From Limnothrix sp. BL-A-16 (GTDB lineage: Bacteria > Cyanobacteriota > Cyanobacteriia > CACIAM-69d): 64,000 nt of DNA. The DNA lies in assembly GCA_041937175.2 (NCBI GenBank), contig CP166615.1, positions 1,280,001 to 1,344,000 of the forward strand, in the 5' to 3' direction. The notes beneath the pieces were generated by a model. It was not told the origin of the DNA and did no database searches. It was given only the letters and a program-made list of their open reading frames with translations. A program made the translations under genes and the position numbers. Shown here piece by piece: positions 62,601-64,000 of the stretch (positions are counted from its first letter, which is position 1; the number at the start of each line of letters is the position of its first letter).

Positions 62601-63267
62601 TGCGGCAACGATCTTCCCGCTCCTTCACCTCTTCCAGGGTTTGCTTGGTTTGGGTAATTTTGCGATCGAAGTTGGCCACCCCCGCCAGCTCATCAACAAT
62701 TTGCCGCCGCTCTCGGGGGTTCATGGAAATGATGCTGGTCACGTCCCCTTGCAACACCACGTTGTAGCCCTCGGGATAGATCCGCAGCTTTGAGAGGGAT
62801 TGGTGCAACTCGCTGAGGGTGCAGGGTTCGCCGCCAATGTAGTAGTTGGAGGTGTAGGTGCCCTGTTGGGTGACGCGCAGTTTGCGGGTGACAGTCCATT
62901 CACTGAGGGGCTGGCCGTCGGCATCGCGCAAACCGGGCAGGTCTTCGGCGGCTTCGGCGGAAACGGTGGCCAGCAGGGCGGCTTCTTCGCTCAGATCAAA
63001 GGTGACGGTAACGGCGGCTTCCACGGTCGATCGCTTGCCTTTGCCTTGACCTTTGCCCATTTGGCTTTGGTTCACCAAGTCGGGCAGGCGATCGGCCCGC
63101 ATTCCTTTGGAGGAGGAGAGGCCGAGGGCAAACAGCAGCGCATCCAAGATATTGGACTTACCGGAGCCGTTGGGGCCAGAAACCACGGTGAATCCGGGCA
63201 GCAAGGGAACTCGCGTCGTGCCGCCAAAGGATTTGAAGTTCGTGATTTCAACTTGCTTGATGTACAA
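59632..63267 (-). CDS. smc: Chromosome segregation protein SMC
   Basis: NFKSF, GPNGSGKSN, coiled coils, hinge (GRVTFLPL, GAMTGG), MSGGEKS, FDEVD. Confidence 0.98.
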   Translation of the reverse strand: MYIKQVEITNFKSFGGTTRVPLLPGFTVVSGPNGSGKSNILDALLFALGLSSSKGMRADRLPDLVNQSQMGKGQGKGKRSTVEAAVTVTFDLSEEAALLATVSAEAAEDLPGLRDADGQPLSEWTVTRKLRVTQQGTYTSNYYIGGEPCTLSELHQSLSKLRIYPEGYNVVLQGDVTSIISMNPRERRQIVDELAGVANFDRKITQTKQTLEEVKEREDRCRILEQELQIQCDRLAKDRTKALKYQQIRQEMQGQQGRLAVVDWLLEQSKVEQLRQSIAQREQDLAQLADRLVAERAAVETQAAELERLNQTVKSLGESEQIALQTELATHRAQRDQVQRQQTELTQQQQTHQKTIARLTAEVAEVDRTEAALAATGPELQERLEELQQAHDRAAANLNRARAEAAELAEASQAWVQQQTDLRHQLETIQESIDPQRTERATLQERLKQIETQLAEIATEWERAGDRLNEHDRDFQTVDRQTRSLEPQIQTAAEQLAAAEQELQLQQKTRSRLQDEQRQVQRQLDKLEAQTQAQREAQGTFGVQLLLQSDLPGICGLVANLGQVEPPYQVALEIAAGARLGHLVVEDDAVAAAAIEILKRERAGRVTFLPLNKIRGGGGGESAAMARGRATVAGWIDYAVNLVDFDDRYRNIFEYVFGGTVVFERLDQARSLLGRHRIVTLDGELLETSGAMTGGSLQKSRGSLRFGGGEQTEEAKAAAELRDRLRDIDRVLGRCDGAIAQAQVDSQRHTQTLNDLRQTRRDAQRQLEQLQAALTATTGQRDRLAQQRDRLTQELTTSRERLATLDRALPAAERQLANLRQAIAQLEDSPAHSQWSEAQTEIRDRESVLSQLADNLRSAQAQQADQTREADRLNQQRQQLAQQIAQAQDQITTATDRLQQLQAQQADLDRQIADLQTQIAALETTLGETKQARDRQETTLNRQRQALQTLEFQRDRLAETQQQQQAELQELENRAEGDRPDLPPDSEPLPSDPAELAAHREQLDQTIRMLQRRLESLEPVNMLALEEYDQVQGRLNQLSEKLATIEQERTELLLRVENFTTLRQQAFYEAFDAVDRNFQIIFAELSQGDGRLQLDDPESPLESGLNLVAHPKGKPVQRLASMSGGEKSLTALSFIFALQRYRPSPFYAFDEVDMFLDGSNVERLAKMVKQQAAEAQFIVVSLRRPTIEASDRVIGVTQARGAQTQVLGVVL

Positions 63268-63454
63268 CGGGCCGGCGACCGCTCACGGGGCGGGTTGCAA
63301 GGACGGGGCAGGCGGAAACAGCGTTCCACCGCGCTATCTTACCCAAAACTCTCGCGAAATGGCGATCGGCTGGCCATGCTGCCTCATGCCCCGTGCAGTC
63401 CAGTCTGCTATAACAATGGATTTTTGAAAGAATCTCTGAAGTTAAACCAAGATA

Positions 63455-64000
63455 ATGAAGAAACGCCGTCAACACTATGTATGGAGACATTACTTGGAAG
63501 CGTGGGCACTGAACGGAAAATTATGGTGTCATCATTTCGGCAAAAACGTGTTCTCAACAAGTACGCAAAACGTTGCCCATGAGAGAGACTTCTATCGCCT
63601 TCGCGAAATGTCTGAATTTGACCTTTCAGTAGTTAGAGAGCTGGTAATAAAGTCACTGACATTAGATCTACGTAAAATTGCTGAAGGGTGGATTTCCCAA
63701 TTTACTCAGTTATTTGAGATCAAGCGACAATTTCAAGACGCAGGATATGTGCATATCGAACTTGCCTTGGATGAATATATAAATAATTTAGAAGAGGATA
63801 TTTTGGCTGATCTTGAACAACGAGCAGTTCCGTTTCTTGAGCTGCTTCGCAGCGAGAACTCTATGTTGCTTTTTGACGCAGAAGAGTCCAGATTTCACAC
63901 TTGGTTTCTAGCTGCACAATACTTCCGTACACCAACTATGTTGGAGAAGATGACCAGTGCTCTCAGGACGATACCAGGCTTTAATGTTGATGCATCTTTT
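63455..64000 (+). CDS. DUF4238-like protein, 5' part (runs off the right edge)
   Basis: Not in the ORF track. Manual translation is open to the end: MKKRRQHYVWRHYLEAW...NVAHERDFY...LEE...FLAAQYFRTP. The QHYV..YL..W start and the Q..RT motif are typical of DUF4238. Confidence 0.8.
   Translation, partial: MKKRRQHYVWRHYLEAWALNGKLWCHHFGKNVFSTSTQNVAHERDFYRLREMSEFDLSVVRELVIKSLTLDLRKIAEGWISQFTQLFEIKRQFQDAGYVHIELALDEYINNLEEDILADLEQRAVPFLELLRSENSMLLFDAEESRFHTWFLAAQYFRTPTMLEKMTSALRTIPGFNVDASF

Noticed and set aside
60907..63582. Long plus-strand ORFs (428, 237 and 260 aa)
   Set aside because: Antisense shadows of smc. The real gene at the right edge is in another frame from 63455.
1..64000. GCGATCGC abundance as a novel repeat
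   Set aside because: This is the well-known cyanobacterial HIP1 octamer.

Overview
Chromosomal window of a cyanobacterium: very dense HIP1 octamer GCGATCGC, rubA-ycf48-psbEFLJ, ndhCKJ, ndhB, cyAbrB. It is mostly core genes (rpsD, prfC, mutS2, relA/spoT, smc, selO, ridA) mixed with signalling genes: a PAS/GAF histidine kinase with an Rcp1-like regulator, a membrane histidine kinase, a REC-SpoIIE phosphatase and an RsbW-like kinase. It also has CHAT, TPR and GT41 proteins. I found no rRNA, tRNA, CRISPR array, transposase or integrase. The most striking unannotated layer is a set of small repeats. (i) Five copies of a non-autonomous MITE (family A; TIR GAGGATGTCTGA(A/G)AAG, TWA duplication, target near CTWAG), three of them at gene stop codons. 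(ii) A second MITE (family B; TIR GGGCCTGTCGTC) that sits in both cases in the centre of the palindrome CAAGGGGCTTAAGCCCCTTG, once nested inside family A, and whose own central palindrome is flipped between the two copies. (iii) GTAG-type REP hairpins inside mutS2, which is split by a one-base frameshift in that insert. Other leads: tandem Uma2 genes that differ mainly in a swapped 23-aa cassette, a divergent PlsY fused to a dikinase/phosphotransferase, a structured ndhC leader, and an AT-rich DUF4238 gene at the right edge. All calls come from reading motifs by eye; no database search was run.
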